From NCBI GenBank assembly GCA_965261005.1, contig OZ253375.1, positions 2,496,001 to 2,560,000 of the forward strand: 64,000 nucleotides of DNA. The letters run 5' to 3'. This DNA is from Deinococcus sp. (GTDB lineage Bacteria; Deinococcota; Deinococci; Deinococcales; Deinococcaceae). This document shows positions 11,134 through 20,598 of the stretch, piece after piece. The notes beneath the pieces were generated by a model. That model searched no databases. It saw only the letters and a list, made by a program, of their open reading frames with translations, and was not told where the DNA came from. Position 1 is the stretch's first letter; the number at the start of each line of letters is the position of its first letter. The position numbers were made by a program, and so were the translations under genes.

Positions 11134-12054
11134 CGGCAGCAGCGCGGCGCCCAGCGCGAAGGCGGCGGCCGACAAACCCAAGTTACGCGCCCGGTGCTCG
11201 GTGGGCGCGTTCGGCGGCGGCACGCTCACGATGCCGGTAGCGTCGGTCACGGCACTTTCCAAGGTGTAGCGGCCATTGCGCGGGCGGGCCAGCATGTTGA
11301 AGTGCTCCGCGAGCAGGCCCAGCTCGGCGCGCATCAGGTCGCCCCACATGGGGGTGCCGTGGCCGGTGGCGGCCAGCTCGGGGTTCAGGTCGGCGAGGCG
11401 CCGCACCGCGTCCCGCGCCGCGTCCCAGTCGGGCGTGTAGTAGGCCGGCGGGCGGCGGACCTCGGTGGGAAACTGGCTCAGGGCCGAAAAGGCCGATTCC
11501 TGCGCGGTGGTCACGAAGGCGTCCCCGGCGATCAGGCTGCGGTCCGCTTCCCGCCACAGGGAAACGTGGCCCGGCGCGTGCCCCGGCGTGGGCAGCCAGC
11601 GCCAGCCCGGCGCCCCCGGCACTTCACCGTTCTGTGGCAATGCTTGGACATTCGGCCGGAAGTCGAAGGGACCCGCCGGGAGCAGCGGCGAGGTCAGCGT
11701 CATCAGCCCCAGGCCCGCGCCGGAGTCGGGCGGCGGGTAGGCGCTCTCGCCCGTCAGGTAGGGCAGTTCCAGCGGGTGGGCATAGACCGGCACGTCCCAC
11801 TCTTCCAGCAGGGCCGCGAGGCTGCCGACGTGGTCGAAGTGACCGTGCGTCAGGATGACGGCTTCAGGAGGGCGCCCCTGCCGCTCTTCGGTAAGACGCA
11901 GGATGGTCTTTGCGAAGCCCGGAATGCCGGCGTCCACCAAAACCCACGGCCCGCCCCGCTCGCCCAGGATGTAGGCGTTCACGATCAGGAGCAGCAGCCG
12001 CGTCACGTCCGGCCGCAATTCCTGCAAACCGCCGAGGGGGGACAGCCGGCTCAT
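11119..12054 (-). CDS. MBL-fold metallo-hydrolase
   Basis: [25 protein letters not shown]. Confidence 0.9.
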   Translation of the reverse strand: MSRLSPLGGLQELRPDVTRLLLLIVNAYILGERGGPWVLVDAGIPGFAKTILRLTEERQGRPPEAVILTHGHFDHVGSLAALLEEWDVPVYAHPLELPYLTGESAYPPPDSGAGLGLMTLTSPLLPAGPFDFRPNVQALPQNGEVPGAPGWRWLPTPGHAPGHVSLWREADRSLIAGDAFVTTAQESAFSALSQFPTEVRRPPAYYTPDWDAARDAVRRLADLNPELAATGHGTPMWGDLMRAELGLLAEHFNMLARPRNGRYTLESAVTDATGIVSVPPPNAPTEHRARNLGLSAAAFALGAALLPLLRR

Positions 12055-12175
12055 GCGAGTTTCCCTTGAAAAACATAGTGCTGTTCGGTCATGCCGTATG
12101 CTCGGCGCCCGAATGTCGGGCGTGGGTGAAAGCGTCCTCAAGACGGCTTGGCGACCGGACTGCGTGAGGGGAAGC

Positions 12176-12427
12176 TCAAGCCACCCCCGGCTCCAGCACC
12201 TCCACCGTTTTGTTGACCGGGTCAACCGCCGCCCGCGCGCCCAGCGGCAGGACCAATTGCGGGCTGGTGTGGCCGAAGTCGAGATTGGCGACCACGGGCA
12301 ACTCCTCGCGCCCGAATTCCCACAGCACTTTTTTTACCCAGACGTGCAACTCGGCGGTCATCTCGGGCGTGTAGCCGCGCGGGCGGGCCAGCAGCAGGGC
12401 GGCGAGGTTGCCCAGAATGCCCTCCAC
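12176..12427 (-). pseudogene. C-terminal fragment of an S66 peptidase (LD-carboxypeptidase/MccF-like)
   Basis: LPVVANLDFGHTSPQLVLPLG is the S66 C-terminal His motif; the N-terminal catalytic-Ser region is absent. Confidence 0.7.
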
Positions 12428-12428
12428 T

Positions 12429-12875
12429 TTAAGCGCTTGCCAAAGGCACGACGGCGCCGCCCAGCTCGGCCACGGCCGCCGCGTACAAGTTCTGATCGAA
12501 GGTCAAGAAGCGGACACCAAGCGGTTGCAGGGCCAAGGCTGCCGCAAGGTGAACGGCGTCATAAGCCCGCAGACCGTGCTTTTCTGCCAGCTCGCCGGCC
12601 GATTGCACGAGGTCTTCTGTGACCGATACACGTGTGAACTGACGCCAATCCCGCTCGAACCGCGCGAGAACTTCGAGGCTGCGGCGCTTACCGAGCAGTT
12701 TGCGCCGCACGCGCCCGGCGAACGTCGCGCGCATCTCGGCGTAAGCGATCAGGTGAGCGCTCAGCTCACGTGCTGCATTCACCTCAGCCAAAACGAGCGC
12801 GCGGCCTGGCTCATCGGTGTATAGCCGCGCCAGTGCGGAGGTGTCGAGATAAAGCAGCGGCCCATCCGCGCTCAA
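12429..12875 (-). CDS. vapC: VapC-family PIN-domain toxin
   Basis: YLDTSAL, E in helix, LRAYDAVHLAAA, FLTFD. Confidence 0.9.
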   Translation of the reverse strand: MSADGPLLYLDTSALARLYTDEPGRALVLAEVNAARELSAHLIAYAEMRATFAGRVRRKLLGKRRSLEVLARFERDWRQFTRVSVTEDLVQSAGELAEKHGLRAYDAVHLAAALALQPLGVRFLTFDQNLYAAAVAELGGAVVPLASA

Positions 12876-13258
12876 GGCTCTGGTCCCCGGTGAGCTTTCA
12901 GCAGTTCCTCGGTGGACGGCCCTTCGATCTTGACCGGATGTGCGCTGCCCTCGGGCTTGCCGGGCTTCTCCGGCCGAATCAGCAGCGCGAGCGCACGCTC
13001 TCGCGCCACGCGGGTCTGGGCGTCTTCAGTCGGTGCCCCCACCACCTCGATCAGGTCGGCGGCGGTGTAGCGCTCGCCGGTCATCTCCGTCAGCGCGTGA
13101 ACGATGGCCGCGAGGGTGGCGAACTCCACCCCCTTCACCTGTTCGTGATACAGCGCGCCGACGGTCGCAGGACGAAGCTGCGCCCTTTCGGCAAGTTGGC
13201 GCTGCGAAATGCGGTGCCGTCCCAGAATTTCGGAGAGGTGTACCTTTACAGCGTTCAT
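12872..13258 (-). CDS. Xre/Cro-type HTH protein, probable antitoxin
   Basis: ISQRQLAERAQLRPATVGALY HTH; stop overlaps the vapC start. Confidence 0.75.
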   Translation of the reverse strand: MNAVKVHLSEILGRHRISQRQLAERAQLRPATVGALYHEQVKGVEFATLAAIVHALTEMTGERYTAADLIEVVGAPTEDAQTRVARERALALLIRPEKPGKPEGSAHPVKIEGPSTEELLKAHRGPEP

Positions 13259-13261
13259 TTC

Positions 13262-13789
13262 TCAGGTTATAGCGTTATTTGTGGGCGGTTTGATGAACAA
13301 GACCATGTGCGCCTCGTCCACGTAGCGCCCCTCCGCCTTTAGCGCCCGCCGCTCCAAACCGTAGTCCTCGAAGCCCAGCGAGCGGTAGAGGCGCTGGGCC
13401 GCCGCCTGGGTCGTAGACACGCTGAGCGAGAGTTGCTCCAGACCGTCCAGGGCGCGGGCGCGCCCGATCAGCTCTTCCAGCAAGGCCCGCCCCACCCCGC
13501 GCCCGCGCGCCGCCGCCCGCACGTACACGGCGAACACGCCACCTTTGTGCCGCTCCTTGAGGTTCGCGTGACGGACAAAGGTGGCCGCGCCGACCAGCGC
13601 GCCGTCCAAAAAGGCGCCGAGGGTGAAGGCGGCCTCGCCCGACTTCAAGCGCGCCGCGACCGCCTCCAACGGCTCCAGCCGGTATTCCTCGGCCGAGCGC
13701 CCAAAGGCGAGGGGTTCGGTTTCTAGCCCCTCCAGCCGCAGGGCGAAGTAGATGTCAGCGTCGGCCTCTTCCAGCGAGCGAATCTCCAT
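13262..13789 (-). CDS. GNAT acetyltransferase
   Basis: [24 protein letters not shown]. Confidence 0.9.
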   Translation of the reverse strand: MEIRSLEEADADIYFALRLEGLETEPLAFGRSAEEYRLEPLEAVAARLKSGEAAFTLGAFLDGALVGAATFVRHANLKERHKGGVFAVYVRAAARGRGVGRALLEELIGRARALDGLEQLSLSVSTTQAAAQRLYRSLGFEDYGLERRALKAEGRYVDEAHMVLFIKPPTNNAIT

Positions 13790-13832
13790 AGGCAACCCTA
13801 CGCAATTTCGGGACCGTGCCACAATACGCCCA

Positions 13833-14240
13833 ATGACGGAGCTTGCCCCCCCGACCACCCGCCGCCAAGTGGCCCTGATCGCGCACGACAAGAAGAAGCT
13901 GGACCTCGCGCTATTCGGCCTTCAGCACAAGGCCGTGCTGTCGCGCCACCCTCTGGTCGCGACCGGCACGACCGGCGGCATCTTGCAGGACAAGGCGGGC
14001 CTGAGGGTCGAGCGCGTGCTCTCCGGCCCGGTGGGCGGCGACCAGCAGATTGGGGCGCGCATCGCCGAGGAGCGCATTTTGGCGGTGATCTTCTTCCGCG
14101 ACCCCCTGACCGCCCAGCCGCACGAGCCGGACGTGAGCGCCCTCTTGCGCCTGTGCGACGTCCACGACGTGCCGCTGGCGACCAACCCCGCCAGTGGGGG
14201 CGCCTTGATGCTGTGGCTGGACGCGCTGGGAACCCTGTGA
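13833..14240 (+). CDS. mgsA: Methylglyoxal synthase
   Basis: [39 protein letters not shown]. Confidence 0.95.
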   Translation: MTELAPPTTRRQVALIAHDKKKLDLALFGLQHKAVLSRHPLVATGTTGGILQDKAGLRVERVLSGPVGGDQQIGARIAEERILAVIFFRDPLTAQPHEPDVSALLRLCDVHDVPLATNPASGGALMLWLDALGTL

Positions 14241-14872
14241 ACGAGAACAGCTTGTGGGACCTGAACGCCCGCGACCTGCTCGATCAGACCGCCAGCGCCG
14301 CGCCCACCCCTGGCGGCGGCTCGGTGGCGGGCGTGACGGCCGCCCTCGGCCTCGGGTTGGTCATCATGGCGCTGGAGATTAGCCAGCACCACAAGAACGC
14401 CGCGCCGCAGCTGCCGGACCTGCTCGGCCGGGCGCGCGACCTGCTGCCCCAGCTGGCCCACGACGCCGACGAGGACGCCCGCGCCTTTGAAGGGTACATG
14501 GCCGCGTTGGGGTTGCCGAGGGGGACGGAGCGGGAGAAGACAGAGCGTAAGAAAGCGCTCCAAACGGCCGCCCTGACGGCCAGCCAAGTGCCCCTCGCCG
14601 CCGCCCGCCACGTTCTCGCAGCGCTGGACCTGGCGAGCGAGGCGGCCGAGGCGAGCGCGGGGAACGTCGTCAGCGACGTGGGCGCGGGCGCGGCCCTGCT
14701 GGGGGGAGCGCTGCGGGCGGGCCTGCTGGGCGTGGACATCAACCTGGCCCACGTCGCGCCGGAGCGGCGGCCGGAACTGGAGGCGGGGCGGCAACAGCTT
14801 CAGGCGCGCGGCGAGCAGGTGGAGCGGGCGGTGCTGGCGCGGGTGGCGGAACGGCTGAGCCAATCGGCGTAG
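14237..14872 (+). CDS. Formiminotetrahydrofolate cyclodeaminase/cyclohydrolase family protein
   Basis: [33 protein letters not shown]. Confidence 0.85.
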   Translation: MNENSLWDLNARDLLDQTASAAPTPGGGSVAGVTAALGLGLVIMALEISQHHKNAAPQLPDLLGRARDLLPQLAHDADEDARAFEGYMAALGLPRGTEREKTERKKALQTAALTASQVPLAAARHVLAALDLASEAAEASAGNVVSDVGAGAALLGGALRAGLLGVDINLAHVAPERRPELEAGRQQLQARGEQVERAVLARVAERLSQSA

Positions 14873-14906
14873 GCGCCCATGGCTTTTCTCTGCCATCCTA
14901 AATCCT

Positions 14907-16118
14907 GTGCGCGTGTACCTGGACCTGCTGCGCGACCGTCGTCTGCGGACCATCTGGCTGGGCGAGACGGTCAACGCCTTTGGGGGCGGCCTGACCTTTT
15001 GGGCGCTGGCGTGGCTGCTGTACCGTCAGCACCCGGGGGCGCCGCAGCTGGCCGGCGCGCTGCTGGCGGTCCTAAGCGCCGCTTCGGTCGTCGGCACGCT
15101 GACGCTGGGGGCGCTGCTCGACCGCTTTGATCGGCGCGGGGTGCTGGTCATGGTGAACCTCCTGCTCGCCCTGCTGACGGGCTTGCTGGCCTGGGCGGTC
15201 GGCCTCGTCCCCGTGTGGCCCCTGTTCGCGCTGGTCACGCTGAGCGGCCTGCTGTCCGGCTTGCCCGGCCCGGCCCTGAGCGCCGTCCTCCCCAGCTTGG
15301 TGCCGGGGGCGCGCTGGCAGGCGACCTCGGCCCTGTTCAACTTCACCTGGATGGCCGGGGAGCTGCTGGCGGCGGCGGTGGCGGGCGTGCTGATCGCCTC
15401 CCTGGGCGCCCGCACGGCGCTCTTGACCGACGCGGCCACCTTCGGCTTCGCGGCGCTGGCCTACGCCTCGGTGCGCTTTCCGGGGCAACTCGCGCCGGAG
15501 GGAAAGTTGAACTTGGCGGCTTGGTGGGCAGAGCTGAAGGAGGGCTGGCGCTTCGTGGGCGTCCGGCCCGCGCTGTGGGGCACCTTCGTGGGGCTGGGCG
15601 CGCAGAACGCCTTTTTCGGCGTGTTCGGGGCGCTGCTGCTGCCCAGGGTGGGGGAGAGATTGCTGGGCGCCGAACTCGGGCCGGTCGGCGTCGGCGCGCT
15701 CGACTCGCTGTCCGTCGGCTGCGAGCTGCTGGGCGCGCTGTGGCTGGGCCGCGCGGCCTTGAAAGAACGGGCCGAGCGGCGGCTGATTCTGGTTGGCTGC
15801 ACGGTCCCGGTGCTGGCCGGCGTGGGCGTCGTCCTCGCGCCGAACTTCGCCGTCGCGCTTGTCCTGGGCGCCGTGCAGGGCCTCGGCTTCGCCGCGCTGA
15901 GCGTGTTCGTGTTCCCCCTGGTCGCCCGCCTGACCCCCGAGAACCTGCGCGGCCGGGTCTTCGCGGTGCGCGCCTTGATCGGGCAGTTGGGCCGCCCGCT
16001 CGCGCTGCTGGGGGGCGGGGCGGTTCTGGCCGCGCTGGGCGCCGTGCCATTGGCAGTGGTTTTTGGCGGGGGGGCGGCGTTGCTGGCGGGGTTGGGGTAT
16101 TGGCGGGGACGTTCCTGA
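14907..16118 (+). CDS. MFS transporter
   Basis: About 12 hydrophobic segments, GALLDRFDRR motif A, PENLRGRV. Confidence 0.9.
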   Translation: MRVYLDLLRDRRLRTIWLGETVNAFGGGLTFWALAWLLYRQHPGAPQLAGALLAVLSAASVVGTLTLGALLDRFDRRGVLVMVNLLLALLTGLLAWAVGLVPVWPLFALVTLSGLLSGLPGPALSAVLPSLVPGARWQATSALFNFTWMAGELLAAAVAGVLIASLGARTALLTDAATFGFAALAYASVRFPGQLAPEGKLNLAAWWAELKEGWRFVGVRPALWGTFVGLGAQNAFFGVFGALLLPRVGERLLGAELGPVGVGALDSLSVGCELLGALWLGRAALKERAERRLILVGCTVPVLAGVGVVLAPNFAVALVLGAVQGLGFAALSVFVFPLVARLTPENLRGRVFAVRALIGQLGRPLALLGGGAVLAALGAVPLAVVFGGGAALLAGLGYWRGRS

Positions 16119-16164
16119 CCTGATTCGGGTGACGGTGCTACGCTGCGCGTAAGGAGAAAAGAAC

Positions 16165-16428
16165 GTGTCGCGCACGACCGTAACAAGTAAGGGGCAGGTA
16201 ACAATTCCCGTGGACATCCGGGAAGCGCTGAAGCTGCGGGCGGGCGACCGATTGCTGCTCGACCTGACCGAGGACGGCTTCTCCGCCGTCGTGCTGCGCC
16301 GCCCCAGCCCTTCCGAACTCAGGGGCGTCTTGAGCCGCTACGCCAAAGCAGGGATGAGCCGGGAAGACGAGCGCGAGGCGGTGGGCCGCGCCATCGCCGA
16401 GAAGGCGGACCTCGTGCATGGCGAGTGA
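16165..16428 (+). CDS. vapB: AbrB/MazE/SpoVT-family antitoxin
   Basis: VTSKGQVTIPVDIREALKLRAGD; overlaps the downstream PIN gene. Confidence 0.9.
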   Translation: MSRTTVTSKGQVTIPVDIREALKLRAGDRLLLDLTEDGFSAVVLRRPSPSELRGVLSRYAKAGMSREDEREAVGRAIAEKADLVHGE

Positions 16429-16825
16429 TCTGTGGCTGGACACCAACCCCATCCTGCGCTACGTGCTCTCGGACGACGACCTTCAGGCGGCGGCGGTTGA
16501 GGCGCTGCTGGAGCGTGCGGCGCAAGGTGAAGTGCGTCTTCACATCCCGCCCCTGGTCCTGGCCGAGTGCGTTTGGGTCCTGCGCGCGGCCTACAAAACG
16601 CCTTATTCGGAGGTCTCGAACGCTCTGCTACAGTTTTGCGCCCTCACGGGGGTACAGGTTGAGGATGAGGCGAACAGCTTGAGCGCCTTACGGACCGTGG
16701 GTCGAGCAAAGGTGGATTTCGCGGACGCCTACTTGGCCGCGCTGGCCCTCACCAGAGGTTGGGGTGTCGCCACCTTCGACGGCGACTTCAGAAAGCTGGG
16801 CTGCGCCGTGGTCACGCCACGGTAG
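16418..16825 (+). CDS. vapC: VapC-family PIN-domain toxin
   Basis: LDTNPILRY, VLAECVWVL, DFADAYL, ATFDGDF. Confidence 0.9.
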   Translation: MASDLWLDTNPILRYVLSDDDLQAAAVEALLERAAQGEVRLHIPPLVLAECVWVLRAAYKTPYSEVSNALLQFCALTGVQVEDEANSLSALRTVGRAKVDFADAYLAALALTRGWGVATFDGDFRKLGCAVVTPR

Positions 16826-16839
16826 GCCCGCACTGCGCT

Positions 16840-17445
16840 CTACTTGGGCCGCTTGACCGTCTCGACGCGGGCGCCGCTGTGCAGCACGTCTTGGTACAAC
16901 TGCCAAGCTCGCTCGGCGTCCGCCCGGTTTCCCGGCAGTTGGGCAAAGCGAAAGTAGGCGGCGTCCCCCGAGTCCAGCACGAAGGTCGGCGTGCCGAAGA
17001 CGCCCAGCCGCGCGGCGGCGTTCAGGTTGTCGGCCAGATTAGCGCGCAAGGTCGCCTCGTCGTCGGCGAGGTCGCCTTCGAACTGTGCGAGGTCCAGTTC
17101 CGCCCCGCGCGCCGCCTCGAAGATGGTTGCGGGGTCGTTCAGGTCGCGGCCGTCCTGATGGCGCAGTCGGAACAGCCGAAGCGTGAACTGAAACGCCCGC
17201 TTTTCCCCCTGAAGCTTGGCCGCCTGACCGGCCAAAAAGGCGCGTAGGCTGGCCTGCTGGTTGTCCGGGCCGTCGTCTGAGGGCTGCTCGGCCAGCTTCC
17301 AAGTCGGGTTCTTGCGGTCGGGGTTCTCGGCATGGTTGCCCTGCACCAAGCTGAAGTGGCGCAATTCTGGGCGCAGGTCCAGCAGCTGCATCAGCTCCAA
17401 ACCGCGCCAAGCGTAGGGACACAGGAAATCGAAGTAGACGATCAT
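16840..17445 (-). CDS. DsbA/FrnE-like thioredoxin-fold protein
   Basis: YFDFLCPYAW, GVFGTPTF. Confidence 0.85.
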   Translation of the reverse strand: MIVYFDFLCPYAWRGLELMQLLDLRPELRHFSLVQGNHAENPDRKNPTWKLAEQPSDDGPDNQQASLRAFLAGQAAKLQGEKRAFQFTLRLFRLRHQDGRDLNDPATIFEAARGAELDLAQFEGDLADDEATLRANLADNLNAAARLGVFGTPTFVLDSGDAAYFRFAQLPGNRADAERAWQLYQDVLHSGARVETVKRPK

Positions 17446-17500
17446 GCCGTGACGCTAACACACGGGGCCAACCAAATATCGGAAAAGCGTTCAGTTGCGT

Positions 17501-19381
17501 TTAGTTGAAGATCTGTCGCAGCTCGGCCATGTACTGCGCCAACTCTTGCGAGCTGCCCACGATCTTGGCGACGCTCACGCGCTCTTCGAGCACTTCCTGG
17601 TCGTAGGGATCGGCGCGTAGGTACTGGTTGGCCAGCAGAATAAAGCGCTTGAAGTCCCCGTCCGCCTTGTAGCGGGCCATTTGATTACGCAACTCGAACA
17701 GCAGGGTCAGGCGCGCTTGCTCGCGGCGCTGCTCCACCCAGGCGCTGTCCTCGAAGTCCGGCATAAAGTCGCCCCGGTAGAGGGCCAGCGCCCGCGCCAC
17801 CTCACCTTTGCCCACCGCCTCCTCGAAGTGCGTCAGGTCGAGGTCGAGGTGAACGTAGGTGCCCAGCTTGTACCACGGCGCCTGATACGGTCCCTGGTGG
17901 TGGACGATGTCGCGCCCCAGCTTGTCGCGCAGCTCCTTGATGGCTTGGCGCACGTAGGCGGCCCCCGTCACGTGGTCCTTGTCCGGGTACAAGTCGAGCT
18001 GAATCTCGGCGCGGGTGCGGCCCGGCTGGAGCGCCAGGTATACCAGCAGGGGCGCGCTGCCGCTGTACTTGAACTTCACCTCCTGCCCATCCTTGACCAC
18101 CGCCACCTTGCCCAACGTCGTGACCTGCACGCTCATGGCCCCGTCCTCGGGCAGCCTGGGCATGCCGAGTAGGCCCGCGAGGTTGTCCAACACCGGCTCC
18201 ATCAGGGGCGCCAGGTCCGGCTCCAGCATGGCGAAGTGGGTCAGCTCGCCCAACTCCTCCAAGTCGGGCCGGAACTCCATCAGCTGGCGCAGGCGCAGCA
18301 TCTGCATCAGGGCCTCGCGCAGGTTGGTCACGACCGTGGCCCCGTCCCCCTGCCTCAGATTCACCGCCGCGAGGTGCAGCTGCGCCCGGATCAGCTGCGG
18401 CACGGCCTCTTGTCGCCTGAACATCTGCACTGCCCGGCTCAAGTCGGCCTCCGCTTCCGCCAGCTGCCCGCGCCGCCGCGCCAACACGCCGCTGGTCGCC
18501 CATAGCTCGGCGGGCCACTCCGCCGGCATGGCGCCGTAACTCATCAGGAGTTCCATCGCCGTACCATGCTGCCCAATCAGGCTGTGGTGTTCGGCGAGGC
18601 GGGAAAGGGTCCAGAGGCGGAGATTGCCGTCTTGTAATCTACCGGCTAACACTCGCAGTTCTTCTAGAACGCGCACATACCCGGCGTAGTCTTTGGTTGC
18701 ACGCCGCAATTCGGCTTCCGAAGATAATAAGTAACCACGCAAATAAGGTGAATTAACTTGTTCAAGTGCTGCCTTGGCTTTTAAGAGTACTTCGTGAGCT
18801 TCGTAAAACTCGCCTTGTGCAGTATGCAATTCGAGCAAACTTTGTAGAATTAACCCCCGGGCGTCAGAAGGAATGTCTTCTGGAAAGGCTTGAAGAGCCT
18901 CAGTCAATAACGCCTTAGCACGAGCGAAATTACCGAGCATCAAGTACATTTGTGCCAAGGACTGAGCAACCCGAGCGCTCATCTCATCGTCACCCAAAGC
19001 GATGTAACCATGCCAAGCTCGCTCGACACGCTTCAAACTTGCGGCGCCACGGCCAGCCAGGAAATCGGAAGCTCCCCACCAACGTAGGGCGCGCAGTTGT
19101 AATTCTCCTGTAAGATTTGGGGTGATAGCTTCCAGGTGTGCGGCAGCCTCCTCGTAGCGGCCGAGGACACGCAGTACGTTGCCAAGCTCAACTTGCCCCT
19201 CAGGATCGCCTAGAACCGCTGCCTTCGTGAGAGAAATCTCGGCGTCAGCGAAGCGACTGCTCCTCAGAAGGGAAACGCCCAGGAGCGTATACTCGCGCGC
19301 TGTCTGAGCTGTACCTTCTAAATGTGTGACCAGCAGGTGATACTGTTCGGCCTCGAATAAGTTTTCCTGGTTAATATTCAC
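17501..19381 (-). CDS. TPR-repeat transcriptional regulator with C-terminal wHTH and BTAD domains
   Basis: Tandem TPR-like helices over about 400 aa, then VTTLG...LLVYLAL...DLYPD (wHTH) and ALALYRGDFMPDFEDSAWVEQRR (BTAD); GGAGA RBS. Confidence 0.85.
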   Translation of the reverse strand: MNINQENLFEAEQYHLLVTHLEGTAQTAREYTLLGVSLLRSSRFADAEISLTKAAVLGDPEGQVELGNVLRVLGRYEEAAAHLEAITPNLTGELQLRALRWWGASDFLAGRGAASLKRVERAWHGYIALGDDEMSARVAQSLAQMYLMLGNFARAKALLTEALQAFPEDIPSDARGLILQSLLELHTAQGEFYEAHEVLLKAKAALEQVNSPYLRGYLLSSEAELRRATKDYAGYVRVLEELRVLAGRLQDGNLRLWTLSRLAEHHSLIGQHGTAMELLMSYGAMPAEWPAELWATSGVLARRRGQLAEAEADLSRAVQMFRRQEAVPQLIRAQLHLAAVNLRQGDGATVVTNLREALMQMLRLRQLMEFRPDLEELGELTHFAMLEPDLAPLMEPVLDNLAGLLGMPRLPEDGAMSVQVTTLGKVAVVKDGQEVKFKYSGSAPLLVYLALQPGRTRAEIQLDLYPDKDHVTGAAYVRQAIKELRDKLGRDIVHHQGPYQAPWYKLGTYVHLDLDLTHFEEAVGKGEVARALALYRGDFMPDFEDSAWVEQRREQARLTLLFELRNQMARYKADGDFKRFILLANQYLRADPYDQEVLEERVSVAKIVGSSQELAQYMAELRQIFN

Positions 19382-19423
19382 ACAGTCTCCATCTGGCTAC
19401 GTTCTGTCCATTATGGTAGCACT

Positions 19424-19588
19424 ATGAACAAACAGACGAAGCGGAACCTCGTAATCGTAGCCCTTAGCTTGTTCGTTAGCGTTGCAACTGCTGCTCAAGC
19501 GACCGGCACTTCTGGTTCCAACCCGAACAAAGAACAGGCGGGCAAAACTCAACCGATGGCTGGTGCTGGCGGGATTGGTATTAAATAA
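19424..19588 (+). CDS. 54-aa secreted propeptide, putative signalling pheromone precursor (absent from the ORF track)
   Basis: MNKQTKRNLVIVALSLFVSVATAAQA-TGTSGSNPNKEQAGKTQPMAGAGGIGIK: basic n-region, hydrophobic h-region, A-Q-A cleavage site; TATGGT 6 nt before the ATG. Confidence 0.75.
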   Translation: MNKQTKRNLVIVALSLFVSVATAAQATGTSGSNPNKEQAGKTQPMAGAGGIGIK

Positions 19589-19785
19589 TGACCCGTCCCA
19601 CTTCCCCTTCTCAACCTCCACGGGACCGTCAGCCTCGTCCCCAGCCCCGCGTTGAAACGCACATACCCGAAGCCCTGCGCGAACATGTGAATATGCCAGT
19701 CGTCGTGCGGGGAGCTGCCTGCTTCGGTATCGAGTAAAAGACTTCGGATCGGTGAACGCCTCAGACTTTCTGGGGCGTTCTTCCT

Positions 19786-20550
19786 TTACTGTAACATCCT
19801 GAACGTTTCCGCGTAAACAACCCCAAACCGCCCTCCTCTGTAGAAGCGCTTCATGCCGTCGCCGTTGCCCGAGTTCTGGCTGCGGTGCTGCGCCAAAGCC
19901 GCTGCCTTGGTAGCGATGACCGGGCTGATGTCCACGGCCACGTCGGGGCGGCGGGTCTGAAACAGGTACACGGGTGGCCGGTCTGTTGCCAAGGTGCGCC
20001 AGAAACTCAGGAACAGGCGCGCGGACCCTTGATGGTCCGGGTGCAGGTAGGGCAGGGACGGAAACTGGGGATCGAACAGGAAGACCGCCTGTGGCCGGAC
20101 TTGCCGGTAAATGGCCTCGACCTCCGGCAGAAAGCGGGCGTCCGTCGCCACGCCCCGGTCGGGCAAGCCCAGAAAGTGAACCTGCCGGTAGCCGTTGATG
20201 CGCGCGGCGTTCAGCTGCTCCTGACGGCGCGTGGCGGACAGATCGGGCGCCTTGATGTGGTTCGGCCCCTTCTCGCCGTTCGTGGCGACGACCACCTGGA
20301 CGTTCGCCCCCGCGTCCGCGAGGCGCCGCAAGGTGCCGCCGATGTACCACTCCAAGTCGTCGGGATGGGCGACCACCGCGAGGACCGTCTTGTCTTGCAG
20401 CAGCTCCCACCCGGCCGCGAGGGCGGTCTGCGGCGGGACGGTCAGGCGGACCCGGAAGATCAGGAACAGCGCGGCGGCAACGGCCAGGCTCAGCGCGGCC
20501 CACAGCCCGATTCGCCGGGCGCGGGCGGTGGCGTTTCCAGAAAGGCGCAT
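19786..20550 (-). CDS. PIG-L-family deacetylase with N-terminal TM anchor
   Basis: AHPDDLE, ATNGEKG, RRQE, HPDH. Confidence 0.9.
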   Translation of the reverse strand: MRLSGNATARARRIGLWAALSLAVAAALFLIFRVRLTVPPQTALAAGWELLQDKTVLAVVAHPDDLEWYIGGTLRRLADAGANVQVVVATNGEKGPNHIKAPDLSATRRQEQLNAARINGYRQVHFLGLPDRGVATDARFLPEVEAIYRQVRPQAVFLFDPQFPSLPYLHPDHQGSARLFLSFWRTLATDRPPVYLFQTRRPDVAVDISPVIATKAAALAQHRSQNSGNGDGMKRFYRGGRFGVVYAETFRMLQ

Positions 20551-20598
20551 TCCACCACTCTAAGCGCTGGTCGGTGAGCAGGACGCATTTAAATCGTC

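Noticed and set aside
19555..19584. Alternative frame of the propeptide 3' end reads DGWCWRDWY, superficially like an aromatic RiPP core
   Set aside because: It is out of frame with the signal peptide, and no radical SAM or other maturase lies nearby; it would matter only if an indel error exists upstream.
19590..19785. Protein-like minus-strand stretch HDDWHIHMFAQGFGYVRFNAGLG
   Set aside because: No clear start and no family I recognise; possibly a gene remnant, but unsupported.
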